This document shows positions 13,401 to 25,559 of a DNA stretch of 64,000 nt, one piece after another (the first letter of the stretch is position 1; every line of letters begins with the position of its first letter). The stretch comes from Psammoneis japonica. Its lineage: Eukaryota. The position numbers were made by a program, and so were the translations under genes. The stretch is taken from positions 496,001 to 560,000 of the forward strand of contig QPGO01000012.1 in the NCBI GenBank assembly GCA_008632985.1, read 5' to 3'. Under the pieces are notes generated by a model. It did not search any database and was not told the DNA's origin. It saw only the letters and a list, made by a program, of their open reading frames with translations.

Positions 13401-15486
13401 AATTTCAATGGCGTGCTTCTGGTGTTGGACAGTGCTGACGAGCATGGGGTTGCAGAAATCCGATTGATCCCGTGCAAGGGCATCTGGGTCCCACATGGGG
13501 ATGCCCGTCTGGGTGCACCGAGCATGGAAGGCCTTCAGGAACGTGGCGACATTGGATGGTTCCACAGTGCGGAGACAGGGGCCCGGGGTCTCGCGAAACG
13601 TCTTGCTGCTGCAGCACCATTCAGAGCTGGAGGAGCCAGAGGATTTTCCAGACGAGAGGAGTGAAGCCGTCGATGACCCAGAAGAGGAGGAGGCGGGAGT
13701 GGCACCAGGAAGTTGGTCGATGATGTTGTCCAAGACTGTGGTGAGTTTCACCGCTAGGGTGGGAGGAAGGCTGTCAGGATCGGGAGCACCGGTTGCATCA
13801 GACGGGTCTGGAGACGACATTGTGTGGCCCTTGGCGGAGGATGGGGTGACGGGTGGCGGTGTGGTCGCTTAAAAATTCTGGAGATCCTTCCGAATGCCCA
13901 AGACTTCACGATGAGCAGCCTCAGACACTTTGGCAGTGGTCTGAACTCGTTCCTCCTGTGATTGGATAGAGTTATTTTGGGCAATTAGCTGGGCGTTGAT
14001 GCCATCAAATTCCTTTCGAAGGGTGTCTGCAAGGTCATCCTGTGCAACATGTTGAGCCTCCAGGAGTTGAGTCGCAGAACCAGTGTCAGAGGAGGGGGAA
14101 GGGAGCAGGTTCTCACATTCATCGAGCAAGCCCGTCATGGTCGCCGCCACTTCAAGGCTGTTTTTAATGACAGTTTCGGCTGCAGCTTCAGTGGCATCCA
14201 AGCGAGCTAGGATCAGGTCAAACTCTTCTGCATGTTTGGTGACATCACCCTGTGTCCGGTTTTGAAAATTGGCACGTGCAGAACCGGCGAGTTCTCCCAG
14301 GGTGTGTGTGGCATCAGAGACTGCCGTTTCCAACACCTCAATCTGGGAAGCAGTGACAGCGGCAATGCATTGTTCTTCATCCTGGGATGTCCGTTTTGGG
14401 CGCTGCAACGCGGCAGCCTCAGAAGCATCAATCTCGTTCTTGATTTCAGCAATTTGTGGTGCAAGATTTTCATCCAGGCATTGAACAAATTGATTGTCTC
14501 GGGAGGCTTCAGCGGAATTGGCGGCATCGCCAGCCATTGCTAAAGCCTCCTCTTTGGTGGCTTGCATCTGCTGTTCCATGATTGGCGCAACACATCAATG
14601 GCACTGGTGGTCGCAACACCCGCCACATCCGCGCGGGTCTGTTCAGTCATGGCATGAAGGGACTGCATCTCATCACGAAGAGAGCAGATTTCGGCAGTGG
14701 CTGCAGTGTGCGCAGTTTGGGTGTCATGCAGTTGCACCGCAGCACTCTCCAGTTGGATCCGACAGTCCCGCAAAAGTTCCTCATTGGGGACCGGAGGAGA
14801 ATGAGGCCAATTCGGAGCCAAAGGAGGAGGCAAACGAGGTGGAGGCGATGGTGCCGGTGCGTCATGTGGCGGGGTGTGGATCGCAGGAGGAGCCATTTGT
14901 TGCATGGGTGCAGGCGGGGAAGCGACCACCATTGCATCGACTGGAGCATCAGTCGACGGATGAGGTCGCAGAGTGCCCCGAACTGCCGCTGCAACAGAAG
15001 CTCCCATTGATGGTGCACCTGCAGGAGTGGATGAAGTTTCAGGAGATGCTGCATTGGGAGAGACAGCCGCTTGAAGGTTGGACATCCGTTCCCGCCAAGA
15101 CGAGGCCGTCTTAGAGCGGGTGCTTTCTGCAGGCGCCATGGTGTTGGAGATGCGGAATTGGGGCTGCGCAGCATGGAGGGCAATGGGTGTCGGGATGTGC
15201 ACGGGAGAAAACACGTGTGCAGAGCCGGTGCCGAAAGCTGTGGCAGCAGCAGCGGACGCAAACAGCAATGGTGTAAGAATGAAACGCTTGCGGCAGAGAC
15301 GTTGCTGTCACAGTGTGTCGGCAAAAATCGCCTGCAAAGCGGTCTTTGGCAGTGTTGATGACAATGGAGAGGAGTGCACATGTCAAGTCGCAAGTTGGTA
15401 GAGGGGCCTCGTTTGCGCAAAGCGCAAATGCTGCTCACAACCTGAGATGGATCCCAACCTGAGTGGGAATGACACGCAGCCACTGA

Positions 15487-15490
<4 letters not shown>
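10450..15490 (-). mobile_element. Second Ty1/copia-type element (gag, protease, integrase), truncated before RT
   Basis: ORF 10331-12583 has ADVGAN (protease), LWHHRLGHP (GAG-pre-integrase) and integrase core FHVDFGFM...TDQGGEL...QNSRVE. Zn knuckle CNACGARGHSHCDC near 12830. Broken gag ORFs 12611-15268. Candidate short LTR at about 15366-15490. Confidence 0.85.

Positions 15491-15540
<50 letters not shown>
15488..15540 (+). repeat. (CA)n microsatellite
   Basis: Perfect CA run read directly. Confidence 0.98.
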
Positions 15541-15541
<1 letters not shown>

Positions 15542-18500
15542 CCCCAATTTTGTGTGTTGCAAATGCCTTTGCCCAGCAACGCCGATGCCGGCCAACCCAC
15601 AGTCCCAGTGCGCTGCACTCATCAGTGCAGCAGAAAGATGCCAGGGATCAGCCAGAGTCAGTGCATGCGGGAAAGCTCGCATTCCAGTCTGGCAAGCAGA
15701 CTCTTTTTTTGTTGTCCGTTCATTCTCAGTGGCTTGTTGTTGTTTCAGTGCAGCATGAGGAGCGGAGTCAGCTTTTCTTGCCTGCAGTCTTGAAAAGGCC
15801 TCTTTTTTTATGAGCTTCTCAAGGCCAACAATGCGGCTCACCACCTGCTTGTTGTGAGCTGCTCTGCTGGCTGCGCCACTCAGTCCACCAACCAACCATT
15901 TCAGGAACGGCATCACTGGATTTGGGTGCAACACATGGTGTGGCAAGTGCTGCACACCAGCGTGTCTGTCACAACCTTTTTGCTGCCACTGCAGTTGGCT
16001 GACCATCTTGTGATGCTCGCATCCATTCTCACCAACCTGTTGTTGCATTTCTGTGTCAGACACGTGTTTGATTGATGGGGAAGCAAACAGGATCTGTGAT
16101 GTTCCTTGGCATTTAGGAGAAATGTCACTTGATTTGGCTGCAATGTGTTGCACAATGTGTGTGAGGGTGAGCGCCACTTTCTGAGCCTGTCTGTCGCTGC
16201 CGTTTTTGCCACTGATGTTGTTTGCTGTGGCACCCATCTGGCGACGCTCTCATCCAGGCTTGTGAGCTTGTTGACAGATGTGCAGAGAGTGAGCCAGGTC
16301 AGTGGCATGTCCCGAGTGGCCACTGTCACCATGTTTTTTTGTCTTCATGACTTTGGCACATCAATTGCTTGTGGTGTGTCTCTCCACAACAAGCCCCATC
16401 ATTCTCAATTTTCAATCATTGCTGACTTGCACATTTCTCCCACTGTTTGTCATGTCAGTGAGTGCTGTTGGATGTGAGAATCACAGTGCTGCATGCCATG
16501 GCATGTGCATTTTCTGGCTCACCTGTCTTGTGTGGCTTTGCAGTTCACGGAGTCTCCCGTCGGCATTGAAGCACTCGCATTTCTCTCTTCCCACCCTGGG
16601 ATGCCGGCCTTTGCAAACAATGGCCTTTTCCCTTGGAGTTCAATGCAGTGCATGCAATGGTGCCCACTTTGTTTTGCAATGTTGCTGCTGTGCTGACCTC
16701 TGCTTCTTTGGTTTGCTTCCACTGCAGAGCAGGCATTGAGCATCTCCGGGCACTGCATGGGACACATTGGCACCCCCCTGACAATCACTCTCTCCTCAGT
16801 GTGACGAGCTTGCTGCAACGGGATGTCAAGAGTGTGGGGTGCCAATGGTGTGGGCCAATGCCTGTTTGGGGATGGTTGAGATGGGCTTTCATTTGCAGCT
16901 GCACCTGCTGGTGGTGCCTCATTGTTGATGTCAAGGATTTCCATGTGGACATCGCTGGAGCTGGTTGCATTTTGTTGCAACAATTTGGTTTTTGTCATGG
17001 CCTGCATGGACAATGCTTTGCTGTGTTGTTGGCATTGTTGCTGTTGTGCCTGATGGTTCTGACAATGCTGACAAGCTCATCGCCAACAACAAGAGCATGT
17101 CTGTCACTCCACTTCCCATGAGGGTGACAGTCAGAACAACAACAAGAGATGAAACATGCTTCACAATCATGAGCCGCACAAAGATTGCAACATCATTGCA
17201 AGGAACAAACGAGGTTGTCAAGCACCTGGCACATGATTTGCTTGCTCCAGTCAGTGCTGGATTTGAGTTGGCTGTAAAATCAGCAAAGGAACAGCCAGAT
17301 GACAACTGCACATTTCTGATTTCTTGAAAAGAACACCATCGCGCATTTGTGCTCTTAATGAAACAGTCTCACAATTTTGACCAACACACAAAATCTCTGC
17401 AACCAAGCACTTGGACCCTGCTTTGCACAGGGCAGCCTCTTCTCCTGCCCACATCTTGCATTTGCGCACAACTGCCACTGCCAGCAGCAAATGGCACACC
17501 GCCACCACAGCACAATGTTGCAATCTGATCACTGTTGCATCCTCTGCACATCAACAACTTTTAGATGCCAGCACCTCCTCAACATGAAGGGACACTGTCA
17601 AACATGTGCCGTTGTCTCTCTTCCCGCCACCAGCTGGCAGCTGCCTGTCTCCCACCAACCACCCTGGCTTGTCCACTGCTGCCATGGCAGCAAGAAGAAT
17701 GACAAAAGATTGACCCTTCTCAAATCCCTTGATCTGCCTCATTTGCATGCCCTGGATCACCTGTTCCCATTTGCAATCCAAAGTGGATGCTTTGGGAGGA
17801 ACAAGCTGTGCACACCTCCTCCATGGCCTGCTGATTTTTGGGGATGGTGGCCAGACTTTAAAGCAAGCAAGCCATCACAGAAACTCATGACAAGATTGCA
17901 TGTCTCTGTTGAAATGACAAGAATCATCTCTGCAGCATTGGAACTTGCACAATTGGCCATTGCTGCAGCACATCAATGTCACAATGCAAGCACGTTGACC
18001 CCGGTTTGTCTGCATTGAAATGAAAAGAATTTGCATTTTGAGCAGCACTTGCAGCACAAGTGCACAGGCACACGCATGTGTGTTGCTCAATTGATGCTTG
18101 GCTCCTTGGTTGTATGATGCTGGACACTGGCAATGAGCAAAACCATCAAATCCTTGTACAAAATCTTCCAGAAACAACAGAGACAACCGGCAGAGCCAGG
18201 TTTCTTGTGGCAAAGCTCACTTGCTGAGCTGGGATTTTCCTTCTTGCTTGCACTCTTTGAGAAGCATTTGGCTGAAGTGACAGGCAAGCAAAACCCTTTG
18301 ACCTTTGACACTGTGGTGTGGTGTGATGCCAATGATGCTCTCTTGCCTGACTTTGTGTCTTCTTTGAAAATGCCCATTTGACATGTCTTTTGCACTGCCC
18401 TTGTGCCCTTGCAGCAGACACAACGTCATTGGGACCAAAGAATGGTGATTCCTCCTCCATGGTGAATTTGCAAGCAAGTTTCTTTTTGAACAAGAGCTGA

Positions 18501-18949
18501 CAGTGTTGTGTGTTGTGCCAAGCCTCCGTTTGTCATTCTCTTTTCATGCTCATGACAGCAGCAGTGGCAAGAGCAGCAGCAATGAGGTGAGCATGGCAGT
18601 CAGCCTGGCCATTCACCCATCACACCATTTTGTTTCTTGGACCACTTTCCATCCTTTGTGTCTTTCCTCCTCTGACACAAACTCTTGTGAGTGTCACCAT
18701 TCTCCAGAAATGTGAGCTGCCACACTTGATGCAAGTTTGGACTCATGCATCAAAAAATTAAATCTCATCACTCATTTCATCTTCTTTCCAACATGACACC
18801 CAGCAATGCTCTTTGACTTCAGTTTGCAGCCCTTGGCTTTGGCGAAGCAACCAAAGAAGATGGCAAGGCTTCAAAGCTGCTCATGTGTGGTGCAAAATGT
18901 TCTGCGGCAGAGATGTCTCATTGTTGAGGAACAATCTCACACACCAATG

Positions 18950-21060
18950 TGTCATTTTTTTAGCATGAGCAGATGGGAAAATGGCACCAGTTGTGCCAAC
19001 GGTGTGTGCAGTGCCTGAGCAGCTGGAGCCATCGAAGCACTCCATCTCCACCTGGGTGCTCCAATCCATGTTCCACCAGCAGCTCAATCTGCTCCAGGAA
19101 TGAGCAGTGTTCAAGCAACAGTTGCAGATGGTCAGTTGCATTTGGAACATGAAGAGATGTCCTTCTGAGACAGTGAGCTGGAAAGGCACCGCTCAACTTG
19201 TTGTTCACCAACACAAGCTTTTCCAGCTTGACCAGATTCTCCATGTCAGTGTCCAATCCTCCCTGCAGCATGTCACCCAACAGATTGATGCAGGTCAGTT
19301 CTGTCAAAGAGCAGATCTGATTGGGAATCAAACCTTTGAGCTTGTTGTTGCAGAGACCCAACTGGTGCAACTTTGATGGGTTTCCAATCATTCCAGGAAT
19401 CATCCCTTGAGGTGGGGGGTGGTTCTTGAGAATGATGTTCTCCAGTTCGGGCAGATGACCAATTTCACATGGAACAGTTCCTTCCCCAGAGTTTTTGTCT
19501 GAAACATCAAGTGAAACATTAAGGAGTGGTTAGATGGTGGCAATGTTCAAAGAAAGAAGCACACAACGTTGCAAAAAACTTGCCAAAAACAATGGCACTA
19601 ACTTGACCAAGTCTCGTTAGAGATGTGACCAAGCCAAAAGGCTCCAGCAGACTCATCAGTGCTCTGCAGCCAATCCTTGTTGAGTCAAGCCACATCCCCA
19701 TGGGTGGAATGCCAAAGCACTGCCAAGATGACACTGAGTGACTCAATTGGGAGAATCCAGAAAGCCAACAGCTGCAAAGGATCACTGTTAGAAATCCACT
19801 GCCTTGCCAAGTTCTGCGGCGAGTTCAACATTTCCAGAAGGTTTGACTCTGACATGCCAGCAAAAAGTGTGTTGAGCTCTTTCTCTTGATTGGTCAGAGG
19901 AGGATCCACCATTTTCTCCCAACAAAGTGACCGCAATGGAAATGACAACGGCAACCACCACAAGCAAAAAGACTCCAACAAAACACAAGCGCTGCTTGCG
20001 TTTCTTGACAGGGTCCAAGGGAATGACAGCAGCACCACCTGGGCCCAGGGGAGAGCTTTGCAAAGTGCCACACGAGGTGCAAGTGGGTGGCTTGGGTCAA
20101 AAACACTTATCTGCTGAAATCACGCTCTTGTCAAACACTCCGTCATCAATGGCACAAGCCGATTTGTCTTCTGCAGAAACAACACGGTTCTCAGCCCCAG
20201 CCAAAACAGTTGGATCATCTTTGGTGTTGTGGGGATTCACCAAGCTGTCCAGTCGTCCCTGTGAGACTTGTGGGTTCTGACATTGGCGGCGCAGTTGGAG
20301 AATGCTGCACTTTTAGTCAAGTGAAAGAATCGTTCCTTTCGCGGATCAGTGAGCAGAGGATGAGATGGAAATGCTTGCGGGGGAGAGCTTGATGGACTGA
20401 ACCATCATCTTGGATTGATGCAACAACTGATGCAGTTGCTTGAGATTCAGAGTTGAGTGCATCTGATTTCTTCCTCTTCATCATCAAGCGCAAGGTGTCA
20501 ATGTTCACAACCGACATTTCCTCTTCTGCGTGTTCTTTCACTTGTCATCCTCCGTTTGACTTTCTTCGTCCGCTGCGACGGACTTTTCTGCTGGCGGCTC
20601 TTCCTCTTTGCCTTCCACTTCTGCAGACTTTTCTTCTGTTTGATCTTCTCTAGGCTGCTGCAGCCAGCCTCTTCTGCTTGGTGCTCTGGCTCTTCCTCTG
20701 CGGCAGACCAAGACTTTCCTTCTGCTTGGTCCATCTGTTCTTCTTCTTGCACCACAACAGATTTCTCTTTTGCTTGTTCCTCCACCTCATTTGCATCTGC
20801 TGCAGACTCGTCAGCCACATGTTCCTTCAGCTCTTCCTCGTCTGCTGCAGCAGCCTTCTCGTCTGCTTGCTCTTGAGGTCATTCAGGCTTTTTCTGGCTC
20901 CGCAAGGTGGGCTCTTCGTCTCGGGGTGGTTCGGCAGCCACAGGAGGTGCACTTTTAACGGGCAGATCTCTCACGCTATCGGTGTTCATTGAAACGGACT
21001 CATCCCGCAAAGAGAGATGGGACAACCGAGATGTCGTCTGCAGTCGAGCATCGCCATGGT
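18950..21060 (-). pseudogene. Decayed transmembrane leucine-rich-repeat receptor-like gene (diatom type)
   Basis: Fragments in order: charged coiled region; TM segment KKRKQRLCFVGVFLLVVVAVVISIAVTLLG; SPQNLARQWISNSDPL; LRRs (LGLCNNKLKGLIP, LVLVNNKLSGAFP). Several stops and frameshifts. Confidence 0.75.
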
Positions 21061-21568
21061 CTGCAAGAAGCAAGAAGATTGAGGGTGTCGCGCAATCGTC
21101 CAATGCCTGTGCCGTAGAATCATCCTACGGAGGAAATCAGTACGAATATTTAGTTTTCAGGGAACGATGATTTCAACTAATATGGACGTTAAAATGGGTA
21201 TTAGATATTCGTTTTTATATTTAAATTAAAATTGATGAATATTCATATTTTGATATTTAATTTCTGCTCCCATCATATGAATTTACATGATATATACATA
21301 CAGATACATTTACTAGATAAATGTTTACTGATTCCAAAGCTGTTTAGTTCTATGCAATTTTGAAATTTTTGGCAAGACACAGAACACACGACTCGCTCTT
21401 TCTGTTGCCGATTTCGCGCGCTCACAAAATGAGCAAACAAGACTTGGGGAGGGACTTGACACTCTCAATCGCGCTCTGTTCTTCGACAATCAATCAGACG
21501 ACAGTCAAGCCCCGCGAACAACACAATTTTTCGGCGGCGATAGCAGTCGCCTCTTGTCACATGGTGCC

Positions 21569-22936
21569 ATGGAACGGCTGAAAAAGCTACGCTGCGACTC
21601 CAGTAGAACCAGGGAGGATGACTTCATTCTGGAGAATACACAAACATCACGGTCACTGAGGTCTTTTTCGTCGTCTTCTCGTGGAGCTGACATGGATAGT
21701 GTGAGTTATCAAGTCCTCAAGGCACATGTTAGAGAGCGAAAGAAGCAACGAGAGCTTCGCAAGACTCGTGCACAGGTTGAAACCGCTCTGCTGTTGAAGG
21801 AGGTCAAGCAGAGCTCCTTTGACTCCCTCCTGACACGGTCCAATGTCCCTTCGCAAGAGCAGCAGTCGTTTCATAAGAAAATCGATATGAAGCCTCGATC
21901 GTACGAAAGATTTGAAGCGCAGCTCCCGGAAGCAAAGGTGCGACCACCTATTGTATCAAGCAACAGCAATGATACAGCATCGACAGCGTCATCGTCAGTG
22001 GCATCAAGCAAAAATTCAGTTGTCGCTAGTTCGCATTCGCCAGTTGCGTCACCCAGGAGCACTGGTAGGACTGGTAAGGTCAGTCCTTCATTTGTGGGTT
22101 CCAGGTCTGATTTAGAAGAGAAGATCGCGCACCTTGAGGAGCTGTGTGCTCCGATTTGTCAGGAAGAAGGTGCAATGGCATATAACGACTTGGTACTTCC
22201 CCCCCGCAAGCCTGAGAAAAAGGAGAAGATGCACAGTCACTCAGGCGCCCTTTTTGGTTTAGACGACGACGATGTTGGTACCGAAGTCGTGCTTGATTCC
22301 CACCAGTCTTCTCCAGCTCGTCACAAGTTTGCCAGGTTGAAACTGCGAAAGGACAAGAAGAGCAAAAGGAAGAAGAAGGAATATTCACTCAAGACACTCG
22401 TCATGCCCATGGATTGCGAATACGAACGTTATGCCGCGGACAAACACGAAGAAGATGATGAGATCTCACTGATTCGTCAAGAATCACCTCCCCTCCAAAG
22501 CAAAGACGTCCCCGATGACGACCTAGACCGATACTGCCTGGAGGCGGACGGAGATGAAGACGAGGCTGTGCTGGGAGCGACAGGGCTTGTGAGGACCAAT
22601 TCCAAGTTCCGTGGGGACGACGATTCCTTTTTCACCAACGATACATCCCTTCCAGATTGGTCAGAAGCCCATGCTGAATCTTTTCCTAAGGTCGTTACCC
22701 CTGACAGGAAAAAGCCAAGCCCCATGGAGTTTGAGGACTTGGGCGATGACATGTCGTGGTCACACACCGACGTAGAAAGAAAGAAGATTGATACCGTGGT
22801 CAATGACTGGGATTTGACTATACACGAGAAAGTTGAGAAGAACCTACACGTTATCGTTGATCCTGATGATATTATCTCTCTGTCCCGCGATGACAAAGTC
22901 TCTACCAATGACGAATCGCGGTACCGTTGTCTCTAG
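21569..22936 (+). CDS. Hypothetical Ser/Asp/Lys-rich protein (about 455 aa)
   Basis: Uninterrupted ORF from ATG 21569 with normal Tyr/TA usage and AT-rich upstream DNA; no recognisable domain. Confidence 0.7.
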   Translation: MERLKKLRCDSSRTREDDFILENTQTSRSLRSFSSSSRGADMDSVSYQVLKAHVRERKKQRELRKTRAQVETALLLKEVKQSSFDSLLTRSNVPSQEQQSFHKKIDMKPRSYERFEAQLPEAKVRPPIVSSNSNDTASTASSSVASSKNSVVASSHSPVASPRSTGRTGKVSPSFVGSRSDLEEKIAHLEELCAPICQEEGAMAYNDLVLPPRKPEKKEKMHSHSGALFGLDDDDVGTEVVLDSHQSSPARHKFARLKLRKDKKSKRKKKEYSLKTLVMPMDCEYERYAADKHEEDDEISLIRQESPPLQSKDVPDDDLDRYCLEADGDEDEAVLGATGLVRTNSKFRGDDDSFFTNDTSLPDWSEAHAESFPKVVTPDRKKPSPMEFEDLGDDMSWSHTDVERKKIDTVVNDWDLTIHEKVEKNLHVIVDPDDIISLSRDDKVSTNDESRYRCL

Positions 22937-24829
22937 TTCAAGAACTAGAAATTTTGCAGTCGGGTGGGGGCTTGCAGCAACGGAAAATTTCATTTTGCAT
23001 GTGTTAGTTTTAGATCCAAAATTAGTTATTAATTCAGCTACCGCACGCTAGAGTGCATCAAAGGCATCCCACTCTTCAGTTGTACCACATTCATTGCTTT
23101 GGCGAGTCTGCAATTGGAAAGGGTCAGCCCGGCAAGAACGATCTGAGCAGAAGCGGATCCACGTCATTGCCACCCATCTGCGGCTGTCCTTGGTCACAAG
23201 AACGGAACATTGCATAGACTCTTTCTAACTGTGTGGGACCCAGCTTTGCCTCCCCCAGAGATGGAGGATGCTGCTGCTCTTACATGTCGTGCTGTCATGT
23301 CTTCAAGAACATTGGAGAACAGAACGATGGCACTGCTCCCCTCGAAAGTGTCCTCACTCGAGGTGATCAGAGCTGGTGCTGAAAAGGCTCACCTGAGCAG
23401 CCGCATTGTTCTCATGCTCTTGGCACCAAGCATGACACAAGTGAAACTGGCTGCATTTCTGCTGTCTGGTTGCTGTGATCACTTGCATGACATGTGTGAA
23501 ACTGGCTGCATTTCTGCCATCTGGTTCCTGCAATTCTGTCTGGTTTGTTGTTGCAACTCAACCATCCAGCAAGAACAAAATGCAACAGAAGCTAAAAGAT
23601 CCAGCTCCACATTCAAAAGAAGATCATTGAGTGAGCTCCCAATGCAACAGAAACTGCTGGACAGGCTTGATTGTCCAAATGTGCAGAAGAACTCCAATGC
23701 ATCCTTTCTGTGCAACTTTTGTGAGTGGATGTGAACAAGCCAAACTTTTTTACTTTTTGCTCCATGAAGGCATGGATGAATTTGTCAAGTCCCACCCCCA
23801 AGCAAAGCAACATTTTCCAGCAACAATGTTTCTTTGCAGCGGCTGTCATGCTCACACACCCCGAGCAAGCTGGGGACCACATCCAATTTTGTTTGCATGC
23901 TGCAGTCACCCCACACCTCCTGTTGCAGGTCACACAGGCCAGCAGCACTGGCACAAGTGGCACAAGGTCAGAGTGTCATTTTGTTGTGCTTTGCCCATGA
24001 AACTGCCCTTGCTGTCTCCATGGTCCACCACCATTGTTGGGGGAGAGTGTGCTGAAGCCAACAGTCATGCAAAGAGAACCACAGCTTTGGGCTCAAGATG
24101 CTGGCTCAATGATGGCATTGCCACTGTGGACGTGGTTGTCAGCAACAGCTCACTTGGACATCATGGCACACACTGCAGTGACAGAGGCAGCCTGTGTCAT
24201 GGCAAGTCTTGTCCATTGCATGTGTTTGTTTTTTGTCCATGACAGACAGCCAGTTGCACAGAACATGATTTTGTCAACTGTGGTGACAGATTACAATTTT
24301 TACATGGTGGGATTTGACCTCCCCAAATGGGAAAAAATCTTTCACCATGAGAAATCTGCCTTCCTTTGTCACCATGAGAATGCCCAAAATTTGTCTCCAC
24401 AAAACCTGAAAAATGAAAGCATCTTTGTTTTCCAAGTCCTCTCTGCTTTTGACTTTAATTTTGAACAACACAATGCATTGGTGTGCACTTGGCTGGTGCC
24501 AACAATTGCTCAATCACTGCTGTGCCAGTTGCTGCTGGCTGGGGTTGACAACACAACTAAAAACAGCACTGGCAGTGACAACATGGTCAAAGACAATGTG
24601 AGTGATGATGACAAAAGGTGCTGGAGCACCCAGTTCCTTGCAAGTTAAAGTTGGCATCAATGATGGCACACACAGAGAAATCTGAGAGCAGCAAGCAGTC
24701 TCTTTTGGATGTTTTGAGCATCAGTGTTTGCAGTGTTTTGAGCATCAGCATTTGCAGTCTAGAAATGCTTGTTGGAGCTGCACTCTTGGGTTGTGGTGCA
24801 AGCAACATTTTTTCTTGTTTTGGGAACTG

Positions 24830-25360
24830 GCGCCAGCATGTGAACAATCTCACAAAGGCTTGTGCCTTGCTCTGGGAGAGGTGCTCCAAGAAGGCCACAA
24901 AGAATGAGATCCAGTCAAGGTCTGACTTTGAAAGCAAGATTGAGAATGAGCCCACATTTCTTCAATCAAGGCCATCAAAGAGCACATGCTGAATCATCAA
25001 GCACACAGGGTGCAAGATCATGGCATTCATTGCTGATTCATTGAGAGCCATGTTTGGCGCCAAGCAGAAGGAGAAGAAAAGTTTCCAAGACCAAACCAAG
25101 TGACTCTGCTGGCTTTTCTGACTAAAGTGGTCAAAGCAATGTGTGATTGTGACAGCTCCAACCCAGACACTGTCAAGAAGTGCCAACACAAGGCATTCAG
25201 TTAATCACCAGGTTGCTTGCACTTGGAGAATGTGGATGAGCAAAAACATGACTCCATTTTCTCAGCACTGAGCACCCAGAAATCACTGGGAATCAATCAA
25301 TGTCTCTAGTTTGTCACAGAAGCCAGCAGTGTGTGCTGAGCAGCCACAGGTTTGACAACA
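24830..25360 (+). mobile_element. Old gag relic related to the copia family at 37.2-42.9 kb
   Basis: NNLTKACALLWERCSK...IQSRSDFESKIENEP matches NNLVKAHALLWERCSK...IQARTEFQTKIENDP at about 37965-38070. Confidence 0.75.
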
Positions 25361-25559
25361 TCTGTCAGCCCAGGGTGCAATCCTGGAAACTGGGTGGCAT
25401 GTGCAAATGGCAAAATGAAACAAGATCTCATGCAGAGAAGGAGCAGCTCAAGGACCTCATGGCAGAGAACAAGCGGCTCACAGACCTTGACAACAAGAAC
25501 AAGAGGGACAGACACCAGTTGCTCAAGGCAGTGGCTCCTTCGTCTGCCACAAAGACAAC

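Noticed and set aside
15600..18900. Many 60-280 aa ORFs as genes
   Set aside because: Cys/His-rich, Tyr-poor and without recognisable motifs; explained by loss of stop codons.
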